Shown: one piece after another, positions 34,467 to 47,799 of the stretch
How positions within the stretch are numbered: position 1 is the stretch's first letter
Layout of the letters: every line of letters starts with the position of its first letter
Source: Chiloscyllium plagiosum
Taxonomy: Eukaryota
NCBI RefSeq assembly: GCF_004010195.1
Contig: NC_057711.1
Coordinates: forward strand, 113,315,909 to 113,379,908
DNA length: 64,000 nucleotides
Direction: 5' to 3'
Notes under the pieces: model-generated
Told to the model about the DNA's origin: nothing
Database searches by the model: none
The model's input: the letters and a program-made list of their open reading frames with translations, nothing else
Translations under genes and position numbers: made by a program

Positions 34467-37400
34467 CAACACTTGGTCCAGTTCACTCTTAAATTTGATG
34501 AGACTGCAGAGCAGACAAGTACTTAAAGGAATTCAAGATATGGGAGAAGAATGTTTGAGGTTGAAGGAAATTTTCTACACAGCTGAGGTAGATGCCTACA
34601 AATACACTTGCAAACAGACGAAAATCTAACACAAAGTTACAGATGGAAAATAAAGTTGCAAAATGGGTAATTGAGAAATAGAATGGACTCTCAGCTTCTT
34701 GTAGATCTATTTGAATACTTGCTCTGAGTAAGAAATGAGGCCTGGCAGATTTCAAATCCAACCCTAGATGCTGTACCAGGTTTGGGCACAGAATGTTTGT
34801 CTCTTTTAAAATTATTATTTTATAAATAAAACTTCAATGTTAAAAATATTTGCATTGGTTTTGGGTGTTGGGTTGTCAGGAACAGCCCATGACCTGGCAA
34901 CTCTATGAAAGTGAGGCAGTGGGAGAGGGTGGATAGCCACCCCTCTCAAATAATACTCATGTTAAAGTCAGCCCCCTAAACATCTGGCTAAATATATGGT
35001 CACAGAAGTTCAAATTTCACATGAGTACATACAGTCACTCAAAGCAGAACATTGTACGTTAAATATAGACATTTATTTGTGTACACAGTGGTTCTATCTT
35101 CCACTCTGCATTGGGAGTTTTACAAAAATAACTGTAATAGAAAAGGGACATTATAAGCTGTTTGTTTGATTTGGCCATTCATGCAGGGAAGGTGCTGTGT
35201 GTTATATTGGACACAAAGTGTAATGTAGCTTGTTACAGTATTGGACTGCTATTGAATCACTAGAGCATCCAATGCATGATATGTCAATGGTACCAGAGCC
35301 TTTTACAGCAAAACAGACATTAAAGTTCAAATATGGCATTGAAAAATGGCAGACATGGCAACTGCATAGGTTGCTTATATGAAATTCATAAATTTCAACA
35401 TTTGCTAATGAAAAACAAAGATGACTTGAAGCAAAATTGAACCATCAATTCTCGGAGACATATCGACTTACTTTAAGAAAAAGGAAAACAAACCTTTTGT
35501 ATTATTATGCTGCAAATGTCTGGAACGGCTCCAAAAACAGACTTAACTTGACTCGAAATATCAAATGCTTCTAAAATCTGGTGTGGCTTCTCTTTCATTT
35601 TAAATCATTTGGAGGTATTTCTAGCTGTTTTTTAAATAAAAGACAAGAAAGAAATGGGCCTTGAAGTACAGTATATTTTTGACTGGTCTCTAGAATATGG
35701 CAGTTCTGAGGTTAAGGGCCCAATGATCAGTTTCTGAAGTTATTTCAAAATGTTCTTGTAACTACAATATAGTTCTTTTGAGTGACAGAATACCATCAAC
35801 AGACAAGATGCTTTTTCACATATAAGTACTGTTGCAATCTCCAGAGGCAAAGAAGTTATGTTTATTGTTAATGTTTATATTTGTTTACACAAAATAAAAA
35901 TAATTTATACAAAAATGCCTGCTCTTTGGAGCACCCTTGGCAACTTCAGAATACACTTCAGTGTTTTGCAGCAAATGACATACTTATGGAGTGTAGTTGC
36001 TGTGGTAACTGGGGAAAACAGCAGTCAATTTGCACAAAGAGAGCAATAATGATTTTGAATGTATAAGCTGCACTTTTAAGAAAAATTAGTTCAGGATAAA
36101 TATTGGCCAGACAACCATGAGGTTCATTTACAGCTCCTGACCAGGTGCTAGATTTCATCTGAAAGATGGCAGCTCTAACAGCAAAACACTCCTTTAGCAT
36201 CAGCCTACTCTCTAACATTCCAGTTTCTGACATGAGATTTGAACCTCCAACCTTCCATTTGGGAGGTGAGGGTACTAACTGATAATTAATTTGACCTAGA
36301 GTATAGAAAGGATATCTGTTCATCAACCTTGGACTGAATGTATTAACATTGCTCCATTAAATATTATTTTTATATAGACAATGATTGCTAGACAAAAATT
36401 GAGGCATAACTATTGGCTTCTAGTTCTTACATTGAAGAATAGTTCTATGTGGAGACAGTTTGAGACAGTTAAACTCTGCCTTCGGTTATTCCCTTTGGCA
36501 ATAGCTTTCAGTTGTTCAGGGCTGCTAAGTGGGTCGGTGGTGCATTATGTAAACTAAATTTGACAAATCTCAGTGCGAGAGTCAGTGAACCACTGCTGTA
36601 CATATTCATAAACACACTCGTCTCAAAGCAGCTGGAGCCTGTTAAAGGTTAAAGTCTGCCATTTATTTCCTTGCGGAATAGCAAATTCAATCTTTTTGAT
36701 CAAACAGTAAAAACAGTCGGATGAATGAATAATTTTGAAATTAGTAAATATTTTGAGGGAAAAGTGAAACTAGGGATTTGAGAGTGAGTGGCCCCCAAAT
36801 TGATAACTTGCTGTCATTGATACTGCACAGCTGGTTTGACCTTTTACTGCGAGAATGTATGGCTCAATTTCTTTTTTAGAATTATTGCCGACACAAGGAT
36901 TATATTGCTGGCTAGCTGCTTTACAGTTCACGCAGTTGTAAAGATTTTACTGGCTTTCAGGAAAAAGGATAATCAGCTATGTCTGAATCCAGTCTTAATT
37001 AAATGTGTGTGGACCATATATGGCGCCAGACTGGTATACTTGCGTAACTTCAGCTCAACTCTAGCTTTCTCTGGTGGGTTAAGTCGGTATGGGCCTTGCA
37101 AACACTGGCCAGTCAGACAGTGAGATGTTGCTTTTGCCCAGCTAACAGTCGGGAGGCACAACATTGAGAATAACTGTTGGATTTCCATGTTTAGCCCTGT
37201 ATCTATTCTTTGCCTGAATGCTGTTGCATCATTAATGTTCAAAATAATGGGGAGCAAGTGCCAATACCTCACCGTTGTTTTGCCAAGAAAATAGGCTGAT
37301 GTACTGTACAAATCTAAGTATCATTGAAGCATGAGAATCCACAGTGAAGAAATGTGTTCAAATAGACCATACCTGCTGTACTGTGAGTAGCTTTTAGCAC

Positions 37401-37881
37401 CACAACTTATGGAGGATATGATAACTTTGAAGGAGTCCAACATAGATTTTCCAAAATGTATTCTGGACGCAAATGACTTCTTGTGTTAGTTTGTTCAATG
37501 TATGCATTGCTGGGCAAGCCAGTATTGTGCATCCCTAACTGTCCTTGGGAAGGTGATAATAGGCTACCTTCTTGAACTGTTGCAGTCCTTGGAATGTAGG
37601 TATACACACAATAAAGTTAGGAAGAATTTCTGATGTTTGACCTAGTGATAGTGAAGGGAAGGCATTAGAGTTCCTTAGGATTTGGAGGGGATCATGTAGG
37701 CAGTGGTGTTCCTATCCATCCACTGTCTTTGTTCTTCTTGGTGGTGGAGGACACAAGTTTAGGAGATGCTGTTGAAGGAGGCTGGGGGTGTTTTGTAATG
37801 GCACACACTGCTGCTACTGTGCACAAGTGGTAGAGGAACTCAGTAAGATGGTGGGTGGGCTGCTGTGCATTTCACCACATG

Positions 37882-38060
37882 CTGAAAAATGTGTTGCTGG
37901 AAAAGCGCAGCAGGTCAGGCAGCAGGAATCCTGAAGAAGGGCTTATGCCCAAAACGTCGATTCTCCTACTCCTTGGATGCTGCCTGACCTGCTGTGCTTT
38001 TCCAGCAACACATTTTTCAGCTCTGATCTCCAGCATCTGCAGTCCTCACTTTCTCCTAGT
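37882..38060. mobile_element. Penelope-derived fold-back insertion with TSD
   Basis: ctgaaaaatgtgttgctggaaaagcgcagcaggtcaggcagca pairs with tgctgcctgacctgctgtgcttttccagcaacacatttttcag. TSD tcaccacatg at 37872-37881 and 38066-38075. Confidence 0.88.
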
Positions 38061-41000
38061 TGATATCACCACATGGTCATCTGAAGTTTTTATCCAAGTT
38101 GCGCACAAATCCTCTCCAATATTGCTGTGGTAAATTCTGGCCCAGTGGGATATCTGGTACAAACTTATTCCCAATGTGGGGAAAATAATTAATAGCTTCT
38201 CAGAAGTCCAATAGCTGAGACCAAAATGACAAAAATCTTGCTGAATCCTCTCAATGAATCCTAACAGAATATTTTAAAAATAGTAATCTGCCACACTTCA
38301 AAAAGCTGAATATCACAACAGCCCCATTTAAAACAGCATAGTGGAAGATCTGCAGCGCAGATATGATTTAATGCACACTCAAAGTGGTCAGGGGCTGCCC
38401 TTTGAGCTGTCCTCTCATGGTTTATGGTCCTGTTGCTAACCCACCATTTGCGTAACTGACAAGACCATCCTTATTATACAAACCAGTATTACGTTACACA
38501 TTTTCTCTGAATTTCAAGCACTGAGTTCTGTAAAATCATAAAATCAATTCCTTGAACAGTTGCTCTGTTGTTTGTCTGCTGCCCTGCTGAGTGCCACTGC
38601 TTTATGATTCTGCGTGAAGCACTGTGACCAAACCAAACAGGATATGAGGGCTTAAACTAAGTCTGTATTAAGTGTTGGTCCAGATGTTTCTGACTTTGCA
38701 CCTGACAATGCACTTCCTATGTGACTGAATGGCAGGCCTGAATAAGGCTACAGCCGTGCTAATGAGTGTAGAGCTAATTAAAGCACACATTTAAAGCCAA
38801 GTACTTTAATTAGCATGCCGTCCCATATTTCAGCACCATATCTGTTCATCATTCACTACAGCCAGATATATTCAGTTCACCAACAATTTTGGAACAATAT
38901 TAGTATAATAAAGTGTCCAAAGAGCTTGGAAGAAGTCTTCAAGACATTAAAGAACGTAAGGAGATATTAGGATAGGTAGTGAGAAGCTTGGTTAAAGCGA
39001 TAGGTTTTAAGGAACGTGTTAAAGGAGACAGGTAGGAGGCTGAGGGGGCAGACAGCTAAAAACAGAACTACTATTGGTGGAGCATTTAAAATCAGGGATC
39101 TTCCAGAGACAGGCATGAGCAGAGCCCAGATACCTTAGAGAGTTGTGTGGCAGGAGGAGGTCACAGAGATATGCAGAGGTGCGGCCATGGAGGGATTTGA
39201 CAACAAGGATGACCATTGAAGTTACAGTGTTGCTTTTCAGAAAGTCAATGAAGTTCAGTGAGCACAGGATTCGGTGTGAGTCAGGAAACAGACAGTAGAG
39301 TATTGGGTGAGCTCAATATTAAAGTAAATATTAAACATTCTTGTTATTTTTACTCCTCGATTTTTTTAACCTTCTATCCGGATGTGCTATTTCTTAATAT
39401 TTGTTTTAAAAAGTTCACGGTTAGAATTTAGAACTTATTCACCACACCAAACTTCCATTCCCCATATTACAAATGCCAGCTAACTTAAGGTTTGGCAATT
39501 AATTCCTACTTCAATTTAGCTCTGAGAGAGCTGGGTTTCCAAAAATATTCCCATCTTTAGGCAGGTTGTCAAAAAGACAACGTCAAACTTGTAACATTGA
39601 ACACTTGAAGTAGAAGTAATATTAAGGAACAGCAGTCTATGTTTAAGTTCACTAAATCTTGTTCATGTTGCGATGCTCTGTAAACTATTCAATTTTGGTA
39701 CAATATGGCGCCTTATTTGTTAGAAAGTTTCTCCTTCAGTGAAATTTCATTCCCAATTATATCAGGCAGTCCCCTAACATGTCTGTGGAACACCAATAGC
39801 AAGATGCAACTTGGGCCAACAAATCGCAGTTATCAACAATATCTCGAGACAGGGCAGTCTGCTTGATTTGCACCCATTTATTATTCACTAACTCCACCAC
39901 TGGTGCAGGGTGGCAACAGTGTGTACCATCTACAAAATACATTGTAGTAACTCATCAAGACTGTTTTGACAGCACCTTCTAAACCCCTGGCCTCTACCAA
40001 CTGCTGTGTTATGTCTCAATATATCAGCACACCTTTAAGAGTCATCATATCATCACTGTATCATGACATGTGACCCGATGATCTCAACCTCCACCATAAC
40101 TGGGCTATTTGAAGCACGAGATGTGAATGAAAGCTTAACATTGTTCATAACTGAATAGTTTGGAATTAGCCTTGATACTGAAGTGTTTGTGACTGCATTA
40201 TAGAATATTCATCTCGAATATGGATCAGTGATATGAGTCTGTTAAATCTTTCAGTACTACTGTACTCACTTTAGGTTCTCATATATGGAATCTAATATAA
40301 AAATTGCCTTATCTCATACAAATACCTTTCTGAGGGCAAAAGCCCAAATCACAGTGGCAGATTGCCATCTAAAAGGACAAGGGCAGTAGATCAACGACTA
40401 CACCATTGTTCAAGAGGGCAGCTCACCACCATCTGCTTCAGGACAATTAGGGATAGGCAATAAATGCCAGATAGGTAGAAATCCCATGAATAAATTTAAA
40501 AAAAACAAAACAAAAACCCACCAAGTTTCTTTTCAAGCCATATGCCAACCTTGACTTGGAATCAAATCACGATGAATAAGTTAATGGAATAAAATAAACA
40601 TGCTAAACGTAAGTGTTGAGTTCAAACTCCTGCCCTGAATTTGAGCACAACAACTTAGGCTGACTTTCAATGCAGAAATGCGGGAATGTTGTACTGTCCA
40701 AGGTGTCTTCTTTACGATGACCTTAAATTGAGATTCCATTAGCCATCTTCGGTAGACTTGAAAGGTACCATCCCTTGTCTTTGAACAAGAGCAGGGAATT
40801 CCTCAAACAAATGTTATTTAAAGAAGCAAAAGTCATCATTGATTGATGTATGGTAAAGCTATATGATTCTCAATGTTAAAGGCACCTACATATAACACTG
40901 TCATACAGGGTGTCAGAGGTTGCATATATAATCCATAATCAGGAAATATCATTCTAGAATAAGAAGATGTGTTCAGCCCATAACATTAATTCTAATGTTG

Positions 41001-42691
41001 AATAAATAGAGCAATACAGGAGCAACATCCTTTGAAATGGCATACCCTAAATGCCAATTTTCCAGCGTAGAAATGGGGTCAGAGTGAAAAACAGTTTTGG
41101 AAACATTGTCTTAATGAATCAAGTTCAGAAGCAACTTTGAGGAAATGATTGAAATAGGCATCATTTCCCTGGTGTCAATACCAATGGTGTTTGGCCATGG
41201 TTACCATACCCAAAACCAATGGATCCTTCTGCATTGCCTTAAGATATTTCAATGAGGTGGTAGTGAGGGATAGATACCCAAGTTCACAGTCAATGCAAGT
41301 GCAGCCAAATTGTTTAAAAGTAAAGTTTCTTTTTAATCAAACTCATTGCTAGCAATATATTTAAGCATGTGTAATTAAACAAGCAATCAAAAATCCCTAC
41401 TACATCCATGATTCTGATTTGGAGATTTGGCTTTACCAGACTGCCATTCAGAATTGCCAGCACGCTACGTCCAATGGATTATAAGGTTTCAAAGGGATCA
41501 TATACCATGTGGATGACAAATTGATTCATGGGGAGATAGTCAAAGAACATGACCAATTGGTTCAAGCAGTTTCAAAATGCTTACCTTAATGACAAGGTGG
41601 CTAGTTGCTTCTTAGGACACATGATTGACAAAAACAAAATGGCTGGTAAAAGACTCCCCCATTCAGAAATCAGGTCATGAACTGCTAATATTTCCAGGTG
41701 TGGTCAAGCAGTTGGTGAGATTCTTACTTCGTTTGGTAACCATGACTTGAGTCAATCATTCAAGAAGATGCAAGGATGCTACTGGAACTTGTATCAGGAA
41801 AATATTTTCCAAAAGATCCACAGACATCCTGGTCAATTACAATTTATCCTTTTCAATCATCATCGCTGTGGATGCTTCAGCTACAGGCACAGGAGCAACC
41901 AAATGGGTATGGAAACTTCATTCCTCTAGCACAATGTTAGACACAGGGACAAGATTGTACACTTATTGAGAAGGAGGCCTCTTAGTCACACAGATTTCCA
42001 TGGGATTTTCAGACTATTTCCTTGACCTGAAGTTCCTCATAGCAATGGTCCATAGATCATTACTCTCACTTTAAGGTAAGAAAACAATTGCCTCATGATG
42101 CAAAGGTTGTTGCCTCATCTTATACGCTTTGACAATGTGAACAAACATATGCAGGGGGAGCTGCAAACAATGATAGATGCACTCACCAGAGCGAACGTCA
42201 ACAGCCTTACAATGGCTGAGGAGGAATTTATTGGTGAAACTCAGGCCACAGTGACCAGCAACACAAACCAGACACAATAAATAATTCAGAAACTAAAGGA
42301 AGATGGAGAATATGTTGCAGTTTGTTGGCATTCTGTCAACGGGACACCATCCAAAGGCCCAGTGGGTTGTCATGCAGAGTTATTTTGAGCATTGACTACC
42401 ATTCACCATTGTAGACAACTTACCAGTTTTCGATCATAAATCACCTTCGTCCAGATTGTTAATATATAATGTGAATAGTTGTGGCCCCAACACTGATCAC
42501 TGTAGACCTCCACTAATCACCGGCTGCCATCTGGAAACAGACTCCTTTATCCCCATTGTTTGATGAAAGGTTGATCAGCCCAGCTTCACTGTGGATGGTA
42601 TCCTAAATGAGATACACCAGTGGCACTTAAGGATCACCAAATGTACAGCCAAAGCTCAGGTATCTTAAAGGAAATTAAAGTTGACTACCTT

Positions 42692-44035
42692 AGGCAGAGA
42701 GATGGTGGCTCATAGTGACTGGACTAGTATTCTAATCGCCCCAGAGTTAATGATCTGGGTCATGGGTTCAAATCCCAGTATAGCATATGGTGATACTTGA
42801 GTTTAATAGAAACATAGATTCAAAATAAGCTCCCCTAATAGTGATCATTATCATAAAACCCATCTGGCTCATTAATGTCCTTTAGGGAAGGAAATCTACT
42901 GTTTTGACCTGGTTATAGCCTATATGTGACTCCAGCCCCTCAACGGTGTGATTGAGTGGAAGTCCACAAAGATCGATGCTGGGTCCAATACCTTTCATCA
43001 TTTATATAAATGATTTGGATGCGAGCATAAAAGGTATAGTTAGTAGGTTTGCAGATGACACCAAAATTGGAGGTGCAGTGGAAAGTGAAGAAGGTTACCT
43101 CAGATTTCAACGGGATCTTGATCAGATGGGCCAATGGGCTGTTACGTGGCAGATGGTGTTTAATTTAAATAAATGCGAGGTGCTACATTTTGGGAAAGCA
43201 AATCTTAGCAGGACTTATACACTGAATGGTAAGGTCCTAGGGAGTGCTGCTGAACAAGGAGACCTTGGAGTGCAAGTTCATAGCTCCTTGAAAGTGGAGT
43301 CGCAGGTAGATAGGATAGTGAAGAAGGTATTTGGAATGCTTTCCTTTATTGGTCAGAGTATTGAGTACAGGAGTTGGGAGGTCATGTTGCGGCTGTACAG
43401 GACATTGGTTAGACCACGGTTAGAATATTGCGTGCAATTCTGGTCTCCTTCCTATCGGAAAGATGTTGTGAAACTTGAAAGGGTTCAGAAAAGATTTACA
43501 AGGGTGTTGCCAGGTTTGGAGGACTGAAGGGAGAGACTGAATAGGCTGGAGCTGTTTTCCCTGGAGTGTCAGAGGCTGATGAGTGACCTTATAGAGGTTT
43601 ATGAAACCATGAGGGGCATAAATAGACAAAGTCTTTTCTTTGGAGTGGGTGAGTTCAGAACTAGAGAGCATGAGGTTTAGAGTGAGAGGGGTAAGATATA
43701 AAAGAGACCTAAAGGGCAACTTTTTCATGCAGAGGGTAGTACGTGTATGGAATGAGCTGCCAGAGGAAGTGGTGGAGTCTAGTACAATTGCAACATTTAC
43801 AAGGCATCTGGATGGGTATATGAATGGGAAGGGTTTGGAGGGATATGGGCCAGGTGCTAGCAGGTGGGACTAGATTGGGTTGGGATATTTGGTCAGCATG
43901 GATGAGTTGGACCAAAGGGTCTGTTTCTGTGCTGTCTATCTCTATGCTCTATGACTCTATGACTCCTAATTGCTCTCTGGGCAATAAATGTTGACTGAGT
44001 CAGTGCTTCCCATACCCTATGAACAAATAATAAAA
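42692..44035 (+). mobile_element. tRNA-derived SINE split by a CR1 insertion (parts 42692-42955 and 43961-44035)
   Basis: Head with GGGTTCAAATCCC and core aaacccatctggctcattaatgtcctttagggaaggaaatct. The SINE resumes after the CR1 tail as ctaattgctctctgggcaataaatg. Confidence 0.8.
42955..43965 (+). mobile_element. Young CR1 (HER1-like) 3' 1 kb
   Basis: ORF 42952..43527 LGPIPFIIYINDLD…FADDTKIGG…LEYCVQFWSP, with an (ATGACTCT)n tail. Confidence 0.95.
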
Positions 44036-45291
44036 ACTGACTATGAAACTTGTGTTATTCACAGGATTGGGCATGGACAGCCACTGATCCCCACTACTTT
44101 CTCAATAGACCTTGCGAACTAAAGGGAAGAGACATATTTACATCTTGTCTTATTGTTGTTGATTAGTTTTCATAGTGGATAGATATATACTGTCACCACC
44201 GAAGTAATCACTAGGGTCTTCCATGAAATTTTCACGTTGCATGGGATCCTGATATGGTTATGTCAGATAATAGACCACAATTTGATAATGAGTCTTTCAG
44301 CCAGTTTGCTGTTACTTGTGGATTTGAACATGTTACCAGCTCACTGAGATACCCACAGCTGAATGGGAAAGCTGAACATGGAGTCCAGATAATCAGATCC
44401 CTTTTCAACAAAATGTTGACTTTTATATAGCCTTGTTAAATGACCAATTTCCCTAATCCCACTCCAGTATGGCTTACTGCCATCAGACTTACTGATGGTG
44501 AAGGAAAATTGGAGATTCAACTCTGTTGACTCCACAGGTCTATAAAAATGCTCATTGGGAACAGCAGGCTACTCATTATAATTGAAATGCAGTGTATGAC
44601 AGTAACCACATTTGAGCCAAGGTTATGGATATGGTACGTCAATTGGAATGGTACAGTTATCAACAGGCCAGCAGTGATTGTATGTTATCTGAACTGAGGG
44701 AGTTATTTAGAGAAACCACAGGAACTTTGTCTTGTTGCTGAAGAATTAACCATTAATGTTTGATTGGGGCAAATCAGTGAAGATGTTATGAGCACATTGG
44801 TTTACAGATCAACCAAAATCAAGAACAGGATCAAAGTTAATGATCCTCACACAAAACCTATCAATCTTTCACGACCAAAGAGAGCACATTCTGCAAGAAT
44901 TATGAAAGCACAAATTTAGTAATTCAAGGGAAGGGCATTTGGGGTAGCAGTAAATGCAAATGTAGCTATGTACCTGAATGTATAACTGTAACTATAAATA
45001 AAAAATACCAGTGGGGGATGTTGTACCGGTATATGTTAATGTTTCTGAAGAGTTAATGTTAAAGTTGCATTAAGCTCCACCCAGTCTAAGGAGTCTATGG
45101 GTGGAGAAGAAGGAGTCAAGCATGATATCCTGATGGAGCCAGACATGTCACCTCTGTTGCTTGATAGTCTTTGTAATTATGCCTAACTAGCTAATGTACC
45201 TATTGGTATTGTAGAGTAAACTACAACTTGTTGTTAATACAAGTGCAGCTTCTTGTTGGGACAATAGAGGTTTATTTTCTCCTACTGCGAA

Positions 45292-45620
45292 TTAGAACCC
45301 CTACAGTGTGGAAGCAGGCCATTCAGCCCATCAAGTCCGCACGAACCCTCCAAAGAGTATCCCACTCAGACTCACCCTCTTGCCCTATCCTGCACTTCCC
45401 CTGGCTAATCCACCTAGCCTGCATATCCCTGGACACTATGGGAAATTTAGCATGGCCAATCCACCAAACCTGGACTGTAGCAGGAAACCAGAGCACTGAA
45501 GGAAACCAGCTCAGACACAGGGAAAATATGCAAACACCACACAGACAGTCACCTAAGGGTGGAATCGAACCAAGGTACCTGGCGCCATGAGGCAGCAGTG
45601 CTAACCACTGAACCACCATC
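45292..45620 (-). mobile_element. HE1-type SINE, older
   Basis: Reverse-complement HE1 head (ggtggttcagtggttagcactgctgcctca) and tail. Confidence 0.88.
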
Positions 45621-47799
45621 AGTTAGATAGGCCATAACTTCAGCATTGAAAAGAGGATTGCTATAGTGGTTCAAAGCTCTCCACCACACTCCACAGGTTA
45701 GGGTCTGTGTATCATTGCAGTTGTATGTTTAGTTAGTTGGCTTCAGTAGGTCCTGAGCTGGGGTGTATTATCATCCCGGTAATAATACTTTCATTACATT
45801 TGGATAAGCTTTCATTGTAAGCTTCTAACCTCTTGACCTTTTGTTACAATGCTCAACCAGGGCCTGTCTGTACTATTATTGTCCTTTTAAAGAGAGAGTA
45901 GAAATGAGGAGTGGTGGCAGTATTGTAACCAAACTACAAGGCCAGGAGTAGTTAGTACTGCAAAACATAATTAATTCAAGCTATTATTGAAGCTCAACTT
46001 AAACACAAGTTAATGTCAGAAAAAAATTCCAATGGTAGTCTTCTTGCCCTCTGAAAGCAATTTCTTTTCATTCTTCGTTAAAAGTATTCCTTAATTGTAA
46101 TTTCCAGTGAATCCTCCTCTTCATCCAGTTTCCATCTTCATCATGTAATTGTCAGGTCTCTCTTAAAGAAAACTGATACTTTTGGAGCATCTTTAACATT
46201 CCAATCTATATTACGTATATATAATTTATGTATATATTACAACAAGCTTTGTTCTATATCCATACATTTCGTTTTCTACCTGATGCTGCTATTGTCTTGT
46301 GGTTTCAGACTTTATTTTCTTATTTCCCTAGAGATGTAAATATACACGCTAATATGTCATCTGTCTTTCCTACATTCTCCCAGTTTTCAGGATTTTAGGA
46401 ATGAGGTGTCACAATGATTAATAACCACTCAGTGCCAACTGGAATCTTTCGCTATGGTTCCACAATCAGAAAAGTCAAGTTGAGGTTAGCAGCGCACACG
46501 CTTCATATTAATCCTCTGTTGTAATTGGCAGTAGAGAAAAATCAGTGGACATATCAATGACACAAGTTCCAATAGTTTGTCACAAACGCGATGCCTGAAG
46601 TGCTTGGTATTGTTTGTAGAGTGTAATCACAGCACCATCTTGTGGTGCCATCATAATATGATATATTAGGCTATGTTTTCTGTGACAGAAGTTTGGTTTG
46701 AGGGTGGAGGCCCAAATTTATTGTAGTTCTGTCAAACGTCTGAAGTATTTGTAATGGGAACCTGCCAGAGGCCTGGGAAATGGAGATGAACCTTAAGGTC
46801 TTGACTCTGGGAGACCTCAGTAGTTTCATTGATCTACTTCCTTCTTCCAAGTTCAATGAATGAAGTAGCTGGGATGCAGAACCTTTATTTTGAGAGTTTG
46901 CTCTGCCCTCGCACAGAAGATTTCTAGAGACAGATGCAGAATATCAGCCTCCACAATGACCCACTAGGGAGATAGACTAAGTCAGATGAGTTGCTTCAAC
47001 TTCTCAAAAGAGATTCAAGATAACTTAAATTAGGAATCTGTATTAGCTCCCTGCAAAAGGCCATCACTGGGGTGCACTGAAGGGAACCAACCTCAATTAA
47101 TGGCAAAAGAGGATCAATCAAATGATATAAACCAGTGAACATACAGGAAACAACAAGGATGGTAGCTTCCAGGAAGGACTGAACAGGATTTGGCTCTTTT
47201 CTCTGGAAAAGAGAAAACTAAAGGGTTAACTGATCGAGTTTTTTTAAATTATAAGGAGGTTTGATAGGGTGTATGTGGAGAAAATGATTCCAGTTGTGAG
47301 GGGTTGTGGGGGTCTAAAACAAGAGTACATGAACGTTTGGTAGTCATTAAGAAATCAACTTAACCGATTCAGGAGAAACAACTCAAAGGCCAGTGAGAAT
47401 ATGGGATTCACTACCACAGGAAGTGAAGAACATCATTGTCTGTAAGAGGAGGGAGAAAGGAGGACCTAGACACCCGCGGGATCTGACTTCTCTTAATCCA
47501 GGGATTTTAAATGTAACAAGTCAGGAGGTGACAATAATGAGCGAGGGCACTGGGAAAGGGAGCTCAAGTTGTGAAGTGGACCATTTCTTGAGGAAAGAAT
47601 GTCTTTGCAAAGGACATCCTTGTCAGAAAGAGACGCCATGGAGTGAGGAAGAGTCAGACAAAGGATCTCCTCAATCAGATGTGAACCAGAAATTTAACTC
47701 CACACAAAAACTCAACATTTCTGGTTTAACTTCATTTGGAAAAACACGATAACAGTAGGGTAAAGAATACCTATTTCATAACCTTCAGGCCAGTTGTGT

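Larger units (their letters stand above)
40850..45227 (+). mobile_element. Decayed Ty3/Gypsy LTR retrotransposon (RT, RNase H, integrase, PPT, 3' LTR) with nested insertions
   Basis: RT GIIYHVDDKLIHGE (~41495-41535), RNase H IAVDASATGTGA (~41860-41895) and IEKEA (~41965), ORF 42095..42280 (…DALTRA), integrase VMSDNRPQFDNESFSQFAVTCGFEHVTSSLRYPQLNGKAE (~44255-44380). Purine tract gtggggga then TGTTGTA at ~45019 begins a probable LTR ending …actacaac at ~45227. Confidence 0.85.

Noticed and set aside
37925-37964. 6-bp stem I (GGAAUC/GAUUCU) as evidence of an active ribozyme in this copy
   Set aside because: The 5' strand probably comes from the inverted arm junction, and the core has G12>A, which should inactivate it.
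40005-40220. 5' LTR of the Gypsy element at 40850-45227
   Set aside because: It has LTR-like texture but no visible similarity to the putative 3' LTR at 45019-45227.
42952-43527. 191-aa RT-like ORF as an active gene
   Set aside because: It is a 5'-truncated CR1 with a premature stop and no true start.
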